A DNA stretch of 64,000 nucleotides from a bacterium (GCA_965209155.1 OZ242383.1:3968001-4032000); one strand, 5' to 3'. Positions 1 to 11,218 are shown, counted from the stretch's first letter. Program-made: numbers and translations. The notes: generated by a model not told the origin, from the letters alone.

Positions 1-657
1 AATGATGACCCCACCAATGTTGATGCTGAAGACGATGATGATCGGTGCCATGATATTGGGCAGGACATGGCGGATCAGGATCAGGCTCGTGGGGGTGCCC
101 ACCGCTTTGGCTGCCAGAAAATAGTCATTCTCTTTGATACCGATCACGGCGCTTCTGATGGTTCTGGAACCCCCGATGCCTCCGGATACGCCCAGGACCA
201 CGATAATCTGGAGGAGACCCTGGCCGACGATGGACATGATGGTTAACAAGAGCAGCAGTCCCGGGAAAGCCATCCAGGCATCGACAAAGCGCTGCATCAC
301 CAGGTCCGGTTTGCCACCCAGGAATCCGGAAGTGCCACCGATCAGGACCGCGACGATCACATTGAGCGCCGTTGCGGCCAGCCCGACGGATAACGAAATG
401 CGCGCCCCGACGATCAGGCGGCTCAGGAGGTCTCGTCCCAAATGGTCAGTCCCCAGGAGATACCGGGCAGAGGAGCCCTGCATCCTGTCTGGAAGGTGTC
501 GTTTTCCATATTCATGGGGTGCTAGAACTTCGGCAAAGATCGCCACCACAATAAAGAGCAAGACGATCATCCCGCAGGCCGTCCCCAAGGGCTTCTCCCG
601 CCATAGCCTGATCAAGAAATCCGCAAACCGACCCCGTCGCTTAGGCTCACTACTCAT
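1..657 (-). CDS. Peptide/nickel-type ABC transporter permease (DppC/OppC-like), 3' end outside window
   Basis: Manual translation from ATG at 657: MSSEPKRRGRFADFLIRLW...LGTDHLGRDLLSRLIVGARIS...HVLPN, typical of OppC/DppC; overlaps the stop of the upstream permease. Confidence 0.85.
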   Translation of the reverse strand, partial: MSSEPKRRGRFADFLIRLWREKPLGTACGMIVLLFIVVAIFAEVLAPHEYGKRHLPDRMQGSSARYLLGTDHLGRDLLSRLIVGARISLSVGLAATALNVIVAVLIGGTSGFLGGKPDLVMQRFVDAWMAFPGLLLLLTIMSIVGQGLLQIIVVLGVSGGIGGSRTIRSAVIGIKENDYFLAAKAVGTPTSLILIRHVLPNIMAPIIIVFSINIGGVII

Positions 658-1606
658 ACCGCACCCTCGGATCCAAGAAGGCATAAAGCAGGTCGATCAT
701 GAGATTGATCCCAATCACTGCGGTTCCGAAAAACAGGTTGATTCCGGAGACTACCGGGTAGTCTCTGTCATTGAGGGCATCCAGCAGGAGACGACCGAGT
801 CCCGGCAGGTTGAAGATGTTCTCGATAATCACGGAGCCTCCGACCAGGATTGGCACCTGGAGGCCGATGGTGGTCACGATCGGGATGAAGGCATTCTTGA
901 CGGCGTGTCTCACGACAACCACCCGCTCCTTGAGACCCTTGGACCAGGCGGTGCGGATATAGTCTTGCCTGAGCACCTCCAGCATCATCGTGCGCGTCAT
1001 CCGCATGGTGGTGGCGGCAAGGTAGGTCCCCAGAATCAGGCTGGGGATGAAGAACATCCCCAGATTCCCCAGCGGGTCTTCACTGAACGTAATCAGCCGC
1101 ATCGGCGGGGACCAGCCCCACCAGATAGACGGGTAGATTATCACCATGAGGGCGAGCCAGAAGTTGGGCGTTGCCAGGCCCAGGATGGCGATGGAGCGGC
1201 CGGCGTAGTCCACGGCCGTATCCTGGCGAATCGCCGAGTAGATGCCGACGGGGAGCGCGATCACCAGCCCGATGACGATGGACATGACACCCAGCTCAAG
1301 GGTGACTGGCAATCTCCCCAATATCTTCTCCTCTACCGACCAAACGCCCATCAGGGAGTCGCCCAGGGTGCCGTGCCGGAGAATATCTCCCATCCAGCGT
1401 CCATACTGCACGTAGACAGGCACGTCCAGTCCCAGCATACGCTCAAGAGCTTCACGGTCAATGTCGCCATCCCAATCCATCTTAGCCACCATGACGTCTA
1501 TGACATCGCCCGGGATGAAGCGGACCGCGAGAAAGACCAGGATGCTCAGGATGAACAGGGTGGGGATGACCAGCAACAATCGCCTGATGATATAGGCTCT
1601 CATCAA
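650..1606 (-). CDS. ABC transporter permease (DppB/OppB-like)
   Basis: YIIRRLL start, DYIRTAWSKGL EAA-loop motif, LDPRVRY end. Confidence 0.92.
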   Translation of the reverse strand: MMRAYIIRRLLLVIPTLFILSILVFLAVRFIPGDVIDVMVAKMDWDGDIDREALERMLGLDVPVYVQYGRWMGDILRHGTLGDSLMGVWSVEEKILGRLPVTLELGVMSIVIGLVIALPVGIYSAIRQDTAVDYAGRSIAILGLATPNFWLALMVIIYPSIWWGWSPPMRLITFSEDPLGNLGMFFIPSLILGTYLAATTMRMTRTMMLEVLRQDYIRTAWSKGLKERVVVVRHAVKNAFIPIVTTIGLQVPILVGGSVIIENIFNLPGLGRLLLDALNDRDYPVVSGINLFFGTAVIGINLMIDLLYAFLDPRVRYE

Positions 1607-1608
1607 CC

Positions 1609-3459
1609 CTAATGCCCCATTTCTTTCTTCAGCTCACTGTCAATCCAGAGGCGGGATAAGATAGAACGATCCATATATGAAAGCCAGACTTCACCGTTAA
1701 AGCCGATGACCCACGGCTGGTGCGCCATGTAGCTTCCAGCTTTAGGACCCCATATCCACCAGTGGTTCTTTATAGTGTACATATCCACCTCTTTGACCAG
1801 CTCCTGCCGCTCCTCTTCGGAAGTAGTGGCTTCGGCGGCTTCAATAAGGGCATCCAACTCAGGGTACCGGATTCCGTGTAAGTCTGTACCGCTCGAGTGT
1901 ACGATGTTGCGTACTTCAGACAACGGAGGATTATTGCTGCCCAAAAGGTGAAACATCAGACCTTCCCAAGTACGGTTTACTCGAGTAGCGCCACCACTTG
2001 CTTCATCCAATACGTTGATCTTTACATCAACGCCAATATCAGCCCAGTAGGTGGCAGCTAATTCACTATAACCTAAATCAAATCTATGGAAATGGTTCAA
2101 CACGGTCTTGAATCGAGTTCCGTCGGCGCCGCGGGGGTATCCTGCCTCATCAAGGAGCTTCCCGGCAGCTTCCGGGTCATACCGGTAGTATTGCTTGACC
2201 TCTTCGGGCCACTCTTCAAAGGGGGTGAAATACCCGGTGATGCCTTCCCCTATCAGCCCCTGAGGCTGCCACATTGCCGTGCCCTTGTAGTAGGTATTGT
2301 TAATGCCCTTGAGGTCTAGAGCCATCTGCATCGCCTGGCGCACCCTGACATCGTCAAAAGGCGGCTTGCTCGCGTCCGGAGCATAACTTTGGTCCGAACG
2401 GTGAAACACCGGGTGCAGCACGATTTCGGGGTTGCTCTTCCGGAGGCTCTCGACTACTTCGACCGATACTATATGCGCCCAACCAGCAGGGGCACCGATG
2501 AAATCAATCTTACCAGAGCGCAGTCCCGCCAGACGGGTCGCTTTCTCCATGATGAAAAGGCCCTGCATCTCGTCAATATAGGGCAGACGATTCCCCGGAT
2601 ACTTCTCGTCGTCTTTCCAGTAGCCAGTATTCTTCTGCAAGGTAAAGGAGCTGCCCTCGGTCCAGTCTGTAAGGAAATAGGGCCCGGTACCGACCAAATT
2701 CCTCCAGTCCTTCACGTCACCGTACTGCTGGATGACCTCAGGGGCGTTCATATAGGTAAGGCTCATGCCGAGATACTTTACAAGAGCATCGCTGCTAGGC
2801 TCGGCCAGCTTGATAACAACCGTGTATCTGTCGGTGGCCGTTACCGACTCGCCAGGTGGCTGCTGATACTTAAAAGGGCTCGGTCCGGCTTCGGCAAAGT
2901 CGCCCAAGCCCAGCAGTCGCTGAAAGTTGAATTCGACATCAGCAGCAGTAAACTCTCTCCCGTTCATCGGTGCCTTGTTTTGCCAATTAACCCCTTTGCG
3001 GATTTTAAAGATAATCGTCAGGGGGTCGGGCGTGTCCCAGCTCTCAGCCAGATGCGGTCTAAAGAGGGATAGAGGCTGGTAATTGCTTTTGAAGGAAAAT
3101 ACGTCCCTATCTATTGCCCAGTCCATGTTTCCCAGCTTCTCTACAGTGTGGCCGGAGACCAATGCTGCGATAGACCAGAAATGGGTGTCAGCATTCTCTG
3201 GCTCGGATTCCAAGACAAAGGTCAATGTCCCGCCATACTCAGGTGCACTCACCATTTTACCAGTGGTCGGATCTTTGACCATCTTCTTCTCAGCCCCAAC
3301 GGCCGAACTGACCCCGAGGGTGGCCACCATCAGGATGAAAGCCAGCAGGGTTGTCCTGAAGGTTGATTTGCTTTTTTGTCGATTCATTTGATTCCTTTCT
3401 GCTTTTTGATTAAAAAGCCAAGATGAAGGGTTGTTTGGAATAGCGATTTTCGATTTCAT
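1609..3459 (-). CDS. ABC transporter substrate-binding protein, family 5
   Basis: Signal peptide, PEYGGTL, LAESWD, VGTGPY, PFDDVRVRQAM motifs; alternative start at 3387. Confidence 0.9.
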   Translation of the reverse strand: MKSKIAIPNNPSSWLFNQKAERNQMNRQKSKSTFRTTLLAFILMVATLGVSSAVGAEKKMVKDPTTGKMVSAPEYGGTLTFVLESEPENADTHFWSIAALVSGHTVEKLGNMDWAIDRDVFSFKSNYQPLSLFRPHLAESWDTPDPLTIIFKIRKGVNWQNKAPMNGREFTAADVEFNFQRLLGLGDFAEAGPSPFKYQQPPGESVTATDRYTVVIKLAEPSSDALVKYLGMSLTYMNAPEVIQQYGDVKDWRNLVGTGPYFLTDWTEGSSFTLQKNTGYWKDDEKYPGNRLPYIDEMQGLFIMEKATRLAGLRSGKIDFIGAPAGWAHIVSVEVVESLRKSNPEIVLHPVFHRSDQSYAPDASKPPFDDVRVRQAMQMALDLKGINNTYYKGTAMWQPQGLIGEGITGYFTPFEEWPEEVKQYYRYDPEAAGKLLDEAGYPRGADGTRFKTVLNHFHRFDLGYSELAATYWADIGVDVKINVLDEASGGATRVNRTWEGLMFHLLGSNNPPLSEVRNIVHSSGTDLHGIRYPELDALIEAAEATTSEEERQELVKEVDMYTIKNHWWIWGPKAGSYMAHQPWVIGFNGEVWLSYMDRSILSRLWIDSELKKEMGH

Positions 3460-3603
3460 AAGATTCTCCTTAAAAAATAAATGGTAGCTATTCAGGTCTC
3501 TGAAAAACCCGTTTAGTTAAATATCATTAAAAAGATTCCCGGAGAGGAGCGATCGTTTTCAAGTCCTCCCACGATATGGTTCCATCGATCGGGAATCTTC
3601 TCT

Positions 3604-3626
3604 TTCACTAAAACAACTTTAGTGAA
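3604..3626. promoter_or_regulatory. Palindromic operator candidate upstream of the ABC operon
   Basis: TTCACTAAA-acaac-TTTAGTGAA perfect 9-bp arms; minus-strand TTGACA at 3661-3666. Confidence 0.4.
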
Positions 3627-4169
3627 GGTATGATTTTGGCAATATATATATTTAGCTTAATGTCAACCCCCAAATGAAAAAAATGCAGGATTCGTAAAAA
3701 AAATTAAAAATCTATCAATCAGGGAGATCCGCTTCTTTACGATCATGAGCCAAAAAGCGAAGGTTCATTCCACAATCCCATGTTTTTTTCAATGGCGATA
3801 ATGATCGTAAGCGCTTTGCTTGGGAGGTAAATCAGAGTGTTAAGCGCTCTTGCTTCCATGGCTCTCGTTCTTTTTCAAAGAGTTGACTGGCTTCTTGAAA
3901 AGCCTCGAGGTGGGGAATTGATGAAAGGGAATCAATTTATTTTTGAACTTTCGAGAGCATAAAGTCCTTTCTGGATTCTACGCCACGCAAAATCTGTGCT
4001 TAAATCGATGGGTTCTCTGAAGATACCTGAATAGTTACTTCAGGATTAAATTGGAATTCTACAGAACCTTATAATCTTTATTTTTCGTATTGAAAAATTT
4101 TATTTTATCCTCTATTTTTCAGAGGAAATGATTTCGGTCGGACTTTATGCAATCAAAGGAGTACGTTCA

Positions 4170-5291
4170 ATGAAAATCACCAATGTCAAAGTAGAACTCT
4201 TCAGTTGGAAATCGGAACCATGGAACGTGGGAAGACCGGGTAAAACCCCCATAGGCAGTTCCTTTGGTCAAACCAAACAACTGGGAATCGTAACGGTTGA
4301 AACCGATGAAGGGATCAGCGGCAATGCTTTTCTGGGAAACTCACAAATTGGTGCGGATCATTTTGTTCCAGGTCTCCTCGAATTCATCAAACCCCGAATC
4401 ATGGGACGTAATCCCCAAGACATTGGTAAACTCTGGGGCGAGATGTGGAAACGCAGTCGCCTGGTATCACCCCACCTCATTGGAGCAATCGATATCTGTT
4501 TGTGGGATATCAACGGTAAGCTTGCCGGGATGCCTGTTCACCGACTGATCGGCACTTGCAAGGATGAAGTACCCGCCTATTCCAGTACGGCGTATCATGA
4601 GACTATAGAAGGTTATGTAGAAGAGGCTATCCACTTCAAAGAATCGGGCTGGACTGCGCACAAGATTCACCCCCACGGTGACCCGAAGACTGACATCGAA
4701 ATTTGCCGTGCAGTGCGGGAGGCTGTGGGAGATGAGATGAAGCTGATGCTTGACTCGATGTGGGCCTACTCATATGAGGATGCTCTGCGGGTGGGACGAG
4801 CGATTGAAGCACTTAACTATTATTGGTACGAAGATCCCTTGTTGGAAGAAGATATTTACAATTATGTCAAGCTCAACAGCAAACTGGACATCCCCCTTAT
4901 TTGCACCGAATTCGCCCCTGGACGCTTATATGGCATGGCTACATGGATCACGCAAAATGCCACGGATATGTTACGGGGCGACGTGGCAATCACAGGAGGT
5001 ATCACTCCTTTGATCCGGCTTTGTCATCTCGCAGATGGGTTCCACATGAAATGCGAAATTCATCATGGTGGAAATTCACTGAATAACGTGGCCAATTTAC
5101 ATGTCACGATGGCAGTGCCCAATTGTGAATTTTACGAAGTTTTTCCTTGCACCGGGGCCAATAAATATGGCTTGGTATCAGACATTGAAGTAGACGATAA
5201 AGGTCTGGTATATGCGCCCACCAAGCCTGGATTGGGATATGAAATCGATTGGGATCTCGTCAAAAGGGAACACACGGCGACTGCTGAATAA
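4170..5291 (+). CDS. Mandelate racemase/muconate lactonizing enzyme family enolase
   Basis: GAIDICLWD, KIH, LMLDS, WYEDP, CTE and EIHH motifs; AAGGAG RBS before ATG 4170. Confidence 0.88.
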   Translation: MKITNVKVELFSWKSEPWNVGRPGKTPIGSSFGQTKQLGIVTVETDEGISGNAFLGNSQIGADHFVPGLLEFIKPRIMGRNPQDIGKLWGEMWKRSRLVSPHLIGAIDICLWDINGKLAGMPVHRLIGTCKDEVPAYSSTAYHETIEGYVEEAIHFKESGWTAHKIHPHGDPKTDIEICRAVREAVGDEMKLMLDSMWAYSYEDALRVGRAIEALNYYWYEDPLLEEDIYNYVKLNSKLDIPLICTEFAPGRLYGMATWITQNATDMLRGDVAITGGITPLIRLCHLADGFHMKCEIHHGGNSLNNVANLHVTMAVPNCEFYEVFPCTGANKYGLVSDIEVDDKGLVYAPTKPGLGYEIDWDLVKREHTATAE

Positions 5292-5370
5292 AGAGTAGAA
5301 TTAAATTGGATGATATTTAAATCAGATTTTTTTTGACTGAATGTAATCGAATAAACGAAAGGAAACCTGG

Positions 5371-5691
5371 ATGTTTTTTGAATTACGCCAATACCGCATG
5401 AAGGCAGGGCAGAAGGAAAATTGGGTACAGTATATGGAAAAGGAGATTATCCCCTACCAAGTCTCAAAAGGGATGGTCATTTTAGGAAGTTTTGTTGCTC
5501 AAGAAGAAAAAGACCTTTACGTCTGGATTCGACGATTTGAAAGCGAAGAAGAACGCAAGCGATTGTATGAAGCCGTTTACGAAAACGATTATTGGAAAAA
5601 TGAAATCGGTCCACGTGTGGTTGAAATGATTGATCCCGATGAAATCCACGTCACCCGATTGGAAGCCACCCCGAAGTCCGTCATTCAATAG
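5371..5691 (+). CDS. NIPSNAP family protein
   Basis: FELRQY start and YVWIRRFES motif; 106 aa. Confidence 0.85.
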   Translation: MFFELRQYRMKAGQKENWVQYMEKEIIPYQVSKGMVILGSFVAQEEKDLYVWIRRFESEEERKRLYEAVYENDYWKNEIGPRVVEMIDPDEIHVTRLEATPKSVIQ

Positions 5692-6013
5692 CGATAGTTT
5701 GGAAACCCTGCAGACTCAAATCTTTACTTAAAACTCCAAACTTCCAAGCTCGACCCCGTCATTACATATAAAAACGCATTGACGACGGTATGCTTGCAAT
5801 GTACATTCCTGGCTCCCTGGACAGCGTAATGCTTAAAAAATGTTCAAAGTTTTTCTGCAAGTTCGTCCATGAAGTTCCCCACCTGTCGGGTTGTGTTTGA
5901 TCTTGTCCTATTTTCTGTGTTACCCATTGAAATATTACACTATTTCATCATGGATGAGATCATTTTCCAAAACCCATCGATCATCTTTGGTTTTACATTT
6001 CATTGAATTGCTC

Positions 6014-6625
6014 ATGTTACAACGCATCCATCAGTGGTTTCATAAAAAAGCATGTCTTGAAGCTATCCAAATCCTGAAACAGCAGGTCAACGCAGAGTTA
6101 GCACAACAAAATTTTAAAGCCGCAAAAAAAACGTTAATGCAGATCATCACACTAGACGCTGACGAGGAGGAGGCTTTGATAACATTGTGCAAAGTGTTGT
6201 TGCAGCAAGGCAAATTTGAAGAAAGCTACCAGGTGTTGCAACGGGTAACTGATTTGAATACGAAACATTGCCAGCAGGTATTGGCTTTCGTTCAGGCATA
6301 TGAAGATTCGGGCATGCTTGAAAAAATTGAAGAGTTGTTACTGATGGCTATTCAAAAGGCACCGCATATGCTAGAATTACGTCTTTGTCTGGCACAGCAT
6401 TTATTCGAACAGACCCGCCACACTGAAGCAGAAACACAGTTGCTTGCCATTCTAAAAAAGGAACCCGAGCACCTGCAGGCTCATATTGGTTTGGCCTACT
6501 GCTATTTAAAAACTGGAAGCAAAACAAAAGCGCTCGGACAAGTGAAAATAATTCGCCAATTAGACGAAAAACAGGCTGAAATTCTGATTTCGGCAATTTA
6601 TGAAAATGTGCAAAATTTCAATTGA
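6014..6625 (+). CDS. Tetratricopeptide repeat protein
   Basis: Helical TPR-like repeats (e.g. AHIGLAYCYLKTG); start uncertain. Confidence 0.7.
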   Translation: MLQRIHQWFHKKACLEAIQILKQQVNAELAQQNFKAAKKTLMQIITLDADEEEALITLCKVLLQQGKFEESYQVLQRVTDLNTKHCQQVLAFVQAYEDSGMLEKIEELLLMAIQKAPHMLELRLCLAQHLFEQTRHTEAETQLLAILKKEPEHLQAHIGLAYCYLKTGSKTKALGQVKIIRQLDEKQAEILISAIYENVQNFN

Positions 6626-6647
6626 ATACCTCCCTCTTTAATTCAAC

Positions 6648-6956
6648 ATGGAAGAATCCTTGACCGGAAAACAAAAACGATATCTGCGTCGATTGGCTCA
6701 CTTGATGAATCCCTTGATCAGTGTAGGAAAAAACGGTTTGTCTCAAACAATATATGATCAAATTGACCAATATTTATCAGAACATGAATTGATCAAAATC
6801 AAAATTTTGAATTCGTGTCCAACGAATAAGAAAGAATGTTTTCAAAAAATATCAATGCGAACTCGCTCCCAGATTGCGCAAATAATCGGACGGACTTTGA
6901 TCCTGTATCGAGCTCATCCCGATGAGCCAGTTATTCAATTACCCCCAGCGACTTGA
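6648..6956 (+). CDS. yhbY: Ribosome assembly RNA-binding protein YhbY (CRM domain)
   Basis: LTGKQKRYLR, VGKNGL, HELIKI, QIIGRTLILY. Confidence 0.92.
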   Translation: MEESLTGKQKRYLRRLAHLMNPLISVGKNGLSQTIYDQIDQYLSEHELIKIKILNSCPTNKKECFQKISMRTRSQIAQIIGRTLILYRAHPDEPVIQLPPAT

Positions 6957-7099
6957 AACCCTCATACCTCATTCGACAAAATTGTTGCTTTGGGCGCCGA
7001 CTTAGCGAACTGCGGGAAAATGATGATGAATACGCCAGGACACTCATATTACAGAAGATAAATGTCGAACGCAAGTTAAATTAAATTTAAAAGGTTTCA

Positions 7100-9016
7100 A
7101 TGTCTCGCATTTTCTATATCACGACTCCCATTTATTACGTGAATAGCCATCCCCATATCGGGCATGCCTATACTACTATTGTAGGGGATATATTTCGCCG
7201 TTTTCGACGATTATTTGGCGAAGACACTTATTTTTTAACTGGAACTGACGAGCATGGTCAGAAAATTGCGGAATCGGCAAAAAAATCCAAGATCACGCCT
7301 CAAGCTTTTGTGGACCAAATTTCTCGAGAGTTTCAAAACCTTTGGCCTCAGCTCCATATCCAATACGATCAGTTCATTCGGACAACCAATCCTGATCATA
7401 AAAAGCGCGTACAACAGGTTATGCAAAAAATTTATGATCAAGGGGAAATATATTTCAAACAATATGAGGGATTGTATTGCGTAGGATGCGAACGATTCAT
7501 GGATGAAGCTGAATTGACGGATGGCAAGTGTCCCGACCATCAAGTGGAGCCCCAGTTACATCAGGAGGAAAACTACTTTTTTAAAATGAATGTCTACCAA
7601 GAATGGTTAGTTCGTGAACTCGAAACAAATGAAGACTGGATATATCCCAAAAGATATCGTACGGAAGTTTTGAATTTTTTGAAAAAGCCCCTGCAGGATT
7701 TATGTATTTCACGACCGAAAAAACGGCTCAGCTGGGGTATTGAGCTTCCATTTGATTCGAACTTTGTCACATACGTATGGTTCGACGCACTGCTTAATTA
7801 TCCAAATGCCTTGGGCTGGCCGGATGAACAACTCTATAGAAAATATTGGCCTCAGGCTCATCATTTGATTGGTAAAGATATCCTCAAGACCCATGCGATT
7901 TATTGGCCCTGTATGCTTAAAGCAGGAGGTCTTCCTATGTTTAAAAAATTAGTGGTCAATGGTTTTTGGATTAGCAGTGGTTCGAAAATGAGCAAATCCA
8001 TAGGAAACGTTGTGAACCCTCTTACCATGAAAGATCGTATTGGTACCGATCCCTTGCGCTATTTTTTAGCACGAGACATGGTTTATGGCGAAGACGCAAA
8101 TTTTACGGAAGAATTACTACTGGTACGCTATAATGGGGATTTGGCCAATAACATTGGCAATCTGATCAATCGTTGTATCAGTATGAGTCGCCGAAATTTC
8201 AACAACCGTATTCCACAAAAAGATGTATTGAAAGATTTGGAAAAAGAACTCCACAATCGATTTGCTCGGGACGTGGCACTGGTACAAAAGCACGTGATGG
8301 GTTTTCAATTGCATCGCGCCTTGGAACTGGTCGCTATGATGAGCAGTCGGGTCAACAAATACATCGATACGACGACCCCGTGGAAGCTGGCCCAAGAAGG
8401 CAATCATAAGCGCTTGGGAACCGTTCTCTACACAGCTTTGGACGCGGTCCGAATCCTTGTACAATTGTTATTTCCGGTGATGCCCGAAAAAATGAATACG
8501 GCCTGGCAAGCGCTTGGACTTTCGATTAATACCTTGGAAAATGCTCAACTGGAAATCGGGCTTTTGCCAGAGGGACTGAAGTTACCCAAACCCTTTCCTT
8601 TGTTTCCGAAGATCACGAAGAATTCTTCAGTAGATGCATCCCGGCCGCCAATTACTTCCATGCGCTCATCCGAGACTGATGTAACTCGCGATGAAGTGTC
8701 TATTGAAGAATTTGCCAGAATCGAATTAAAAGTTGGTCGCATTGTCTCATGCCAGTCCGTGAAGCAATCAGACAAGCTTCTCCATGCTTATGTGGATGTG
8801 GGAGAAGGAAAACCTCGCTCCATAGTTTCGGGGATTGCTGAATGTTTCAAACCTGAGAGCTTAGTGGGAAGACAGGTAGTGGTAGTCAGCAATCTTAAAT
8901 CAGCAAAGTTGCGCGGCGTGATCTCTGAAGGAATGATTCTCTGTACAGAGGATGATGGGCGTTACATGCTCGTGGAACCTCCTGAAGAAGCCTCTCCAGG
9001 GACCCCCATCCGTTGA
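7100..9016 (+). CDS. metG: Methionine--tRNA ligase with C-terminal tRNA-binding domain
   Basis: YITTPIYY, HIGH, KMSKS motifs; C-terminal Trbp111-like domain. Confidence 0.97.
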   Translation: MSRIFYITTPIYYVNSHPHIGHAYTTIVGDIFRRFRRLFGEDTYFLTGTDEHGQKIAESAKKSKITPQAFVDQISREFQNLWPQLHIQYDQFIRTTNPDHKKRVQQVMQKIYDQGEIYFKQYEGLYCVGCERFMDEAELTDGKCPDHQVEPQLHQEENYFFKMNVYQEWLVRELETNEDWIYPKRYRTEVLNFLKKPLQDLCISRPKKRLSWGIELPFDSNFVTYVWFDALLNYPNALGWPDEQLYRKYWPQAHHLIGKDILKTHAIYWPCMLKAGGLPMFKKLVVNGFWISSGSKMSKSIGNVVNPLTMKDRIGTDPLRYFLARDMVYGEDANFTEELLLVRYNGDLANNIGNLINRCISMSRRNFNNRIPQKDVLKDLEKELHNRFARDVALVQKHVMGFQLHRALELVAMMSSRVNKYIDTTTPWKLAQEGNHKRLGTVLYTALDAVRILVQLLFPVMPEKMNTAWQALGLSINTLENAQLEIGLLPEGLKLPKPFPLFPKITKNSSVDASRPPITSMRSSETDVTRDEVSIEEFARIELKVGRIVSCQSVKQSDKLLHAYVDVGEGKPRSIVSGIAECFKPESLVGRQVVVVSNLKSAKLRGVISEGMILCTEDDGRYMLVEPPEEASPGTPIR

Positions 9017-9046
9017 AAGTGCGGATATTTTTTTGTAAGAATCACC

Positions 9047-10429
9047 ATGCATGATTATTCCCAGATCTCCGCAAAATTGGTAAAACGTTACAACCGACCC
9101 GGTCCCCGTTATACCAGCTATCCCACTGTGCCTCATTGGGAGCGTGGGCAGTTCAATGAGGATTATGCCGGGTATTTACAAAAAGAGGGCAAAAAAGAAA
9201 CCCCGCTTTCCTTGTATATCCATATCCCTTTTTGCAGCCGTCTTTGCACTTTTTGTGGCTGCAATCGTTTTATCACTCGTGATGACCATCTCGTAGAAAA
9301 TTATCTGCAAGCTGTTTCAGATGAATTGCGGCAAACCGCTCGTCACTTAGGAAACCGTAATAGAGTCAAACAATTACATTTGGGAGGGGGTACACCGACT
9401 CATCTCAATGTCGACCAACTGCAAAGGCTTCATAAAATGGTTGCGGATCATTTTGAGCTTGATCCGAATGGAGAAATGGCATTGGAAGCCCATCCACGGG
9501 TTACGCGTAGTGAGCAACTAGAGGCTTTGTATGCGTTAGGATTCAGACGGATCAGCTTCGGTGTTCAAGACCTGGATCTCCAAGTACAGCATGCGATAAA
9601 CAGGGAGCAAACTATAGAGCAGACTCAGCATACGTTTTATGAATCGCGTAAATTGGGATATTCCAGTATCAATATGGACCTGATTTATGGCTTACCGTGT
9701 CAAACCATGGAAACTTTTCAGACCACCATGGAGACTGTCAATTCTATGAAACCGGACCGTCTGGCAATCTACAGTTTCGCTTATATCCCAAATATGTTTC
9801 GTCACCATGAACGTGCAATCAAAGAAGAAGACTTACCCTCCGCAGAAGAAAAAATCGCCATTTACCTGGAGTCCATTCAATATTTTACTCAAGCAGGTTA
9901 CCAGATGATTGGCATGGACCATTATGCCAAACCAGATGACGAATTGGCAATTGCTCAAAAAAATCACACCCTTCACCGTAATTTCATGGGATACACGACT
10001 CTACGGGGATTGACGCAAATTGGAGTAGGCGTGTCGGCCATCTCGGATTTTGGAAATGGCTACTTCCAAAAGGAAAAGAATTTGAATGCCTATATGCAAG
10101 GGATCGTTCAGGGACAAATGCCGACCATCCGTAAACGAATTTTGAATGCCGATGACTCACTACGGAGGGAAATAATTGAAACGCTGATGTGCCAGTGCTT
10201 TCTTCCTGTCCCTGAAATTGAAGAAAAATATCAAATCGAATTCTGTGAATACTTTAAAGATGCCTGGGACGTTATGCGGATATTTGAAGCAGAAGGATTG
10301 TTGGAATTGAAGCCGGAAGGGATTGAATTGAGTCAGCGTGGTGTCCTGTTCATGCGCAATATTGTCATGCCCTTTGACCGTTATCTCGACCAGAACACCA
10401 GAATTCTCCATTTTTCAAATACCATCTGA
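9047..10429 (+). CDS. hemN: Oxygen-independent coproporphyrinogen III oxidase
   Basis: GPRYTSYP, HIPFCxxxCxFCGC, GGGTP, RNFMGYTT. Confidence 0.95.
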   Translation: MHDYSQISAKLVKRYNRPGPRYTSYPTVPHWERGQFNEDYAGYLQKEGKKETPLSLYIHIPFCSRLCTFCGCNRFITRDDHLVENYLQAVSDELRQTARHLGNRNRVKQLHLGGGTPTHLNVDQLQRLHKMVADHFELDPNGEMALEAHPRVTRSEQLEALYALGFRRISFGVQDLDLQVQHAINREQTIEQTQHTFYESRKLGYSSINMDLIYGLPCQTMETFQTTMETVNSMKPDRLAIYSFAYIPNMFRHHERAIKEEDLPSAEEKIAIYLESIQYFTQAGYQMIGMDHYAKPDDELAIAQKNHTLHRNFMGYTTLRGLTQIGVGVSAISDFGNGYFQKEKNLNAYMQGIVQGQMPTIRKRILNADDSLRREIIETLMCQCFLPVPEIEEKYQIEFCEYFKDAWDVMRIFEAEGLLELKPEGIELSQRGVLFMRNIVMPFDRYLDQNTRILHFSNTI

Positions 10430-10540
10430 ATCGAAAATATTCATTCAACTATCCAAGCAAAGAAATTTTTCCCTTTAAGAGCAGCTGAAGACATAAAAAA
10501 AGCTGTTTGTCGCCCTACTTGAATCGCGACCATAACATCT

Positions 10541-11218
10541 ATGATAGAACATCCATTTCCAGAGAAAATCAGTAAAAAGGAAATCAATGACTTTTTCCAG
10601 GTCCAGTTTCAAGGTACTGTTCATATAGTGGATTCTCCGGAGAAAATCAAACCGGCGCTGACTTGCCTGAATAAAGAATTGTGGCTTGGATTTGATACGG
10701 AAACCCGCCCATCTTTTCATAAAGGAAAACGAAACGCGGTCTCATTACTGCAATTGTCCACCTCTCGGGAAGTTTTTCTTTTTCGTTTGAACTACCTTCA
10801 TTTGCCTGCCGCATTGAAAAAACTCTTCGAAAACGAGAAGATTATTAAACTCGGAGTGGCCTTGCATGAAGACATCCAAGCCTTGCAAAAATTGGCCAAT
10901 TTTGAACCCAAAGGATTCTTGGATTTTGTACAGATTGCAAAAAAGCTGGGATTAAAAAATTCTGGATTGAGGAGTTTGGCGGCAATTTTTCTAAGAGTGC
11001 GTATTTCCAAAGGTACGCGTTTGTCGAATTGGGAAAGCCAAAAATTGACCCCCGCTCAAATTACTTATGCGGCAACCGATGCCTGGATTTGTCGGGAAAT
11101 GTACATGCGGTTACGGTATTCAGGAGTACCTGAGGAAATCTTGCAGGTGCCATCAAATACACCGAACCGTAAAAGGAAAAAGGAAAGTTTACAAATTCAC
11201 TCAATGTTAGAATATTAA
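10541..11218 (+). CDS. 3'-5' exonuclease (DEDDy, WRN/RNase D-like)
   Basis: GFDTE, LLQL, SNWE, YAATDA motifs. Confidence 0.9.
   Translation: MIEHPFPEKISKKEINDFFQVQFQGTVHIVDSPEKIKPALTCLNKELWLGFDTETRPSFHKGKRNAVSLLQLSTSREVFLFRLNYLHLPAALKKLFENEKIIKLGVALHEDIQALQKLANFEPKGFLDFVQIAKKLGLKNSGLRSLAAIFLRVRISKGTRLSNWESQKLTPAQITYAATDAWICREMYMRLRYSGVPEEILQVPSNTPNRKRKKESLQIHSMLEY

Noticed and set aside
134..1612. 492-aa plus-strand ORF and other long antisense ORFs (21144-22127, 23982-25019, 25624-26436, 27366-28118)
   Set aside because: Shadow frames opposite well-supported GC-rich genes; no recognisable motifs
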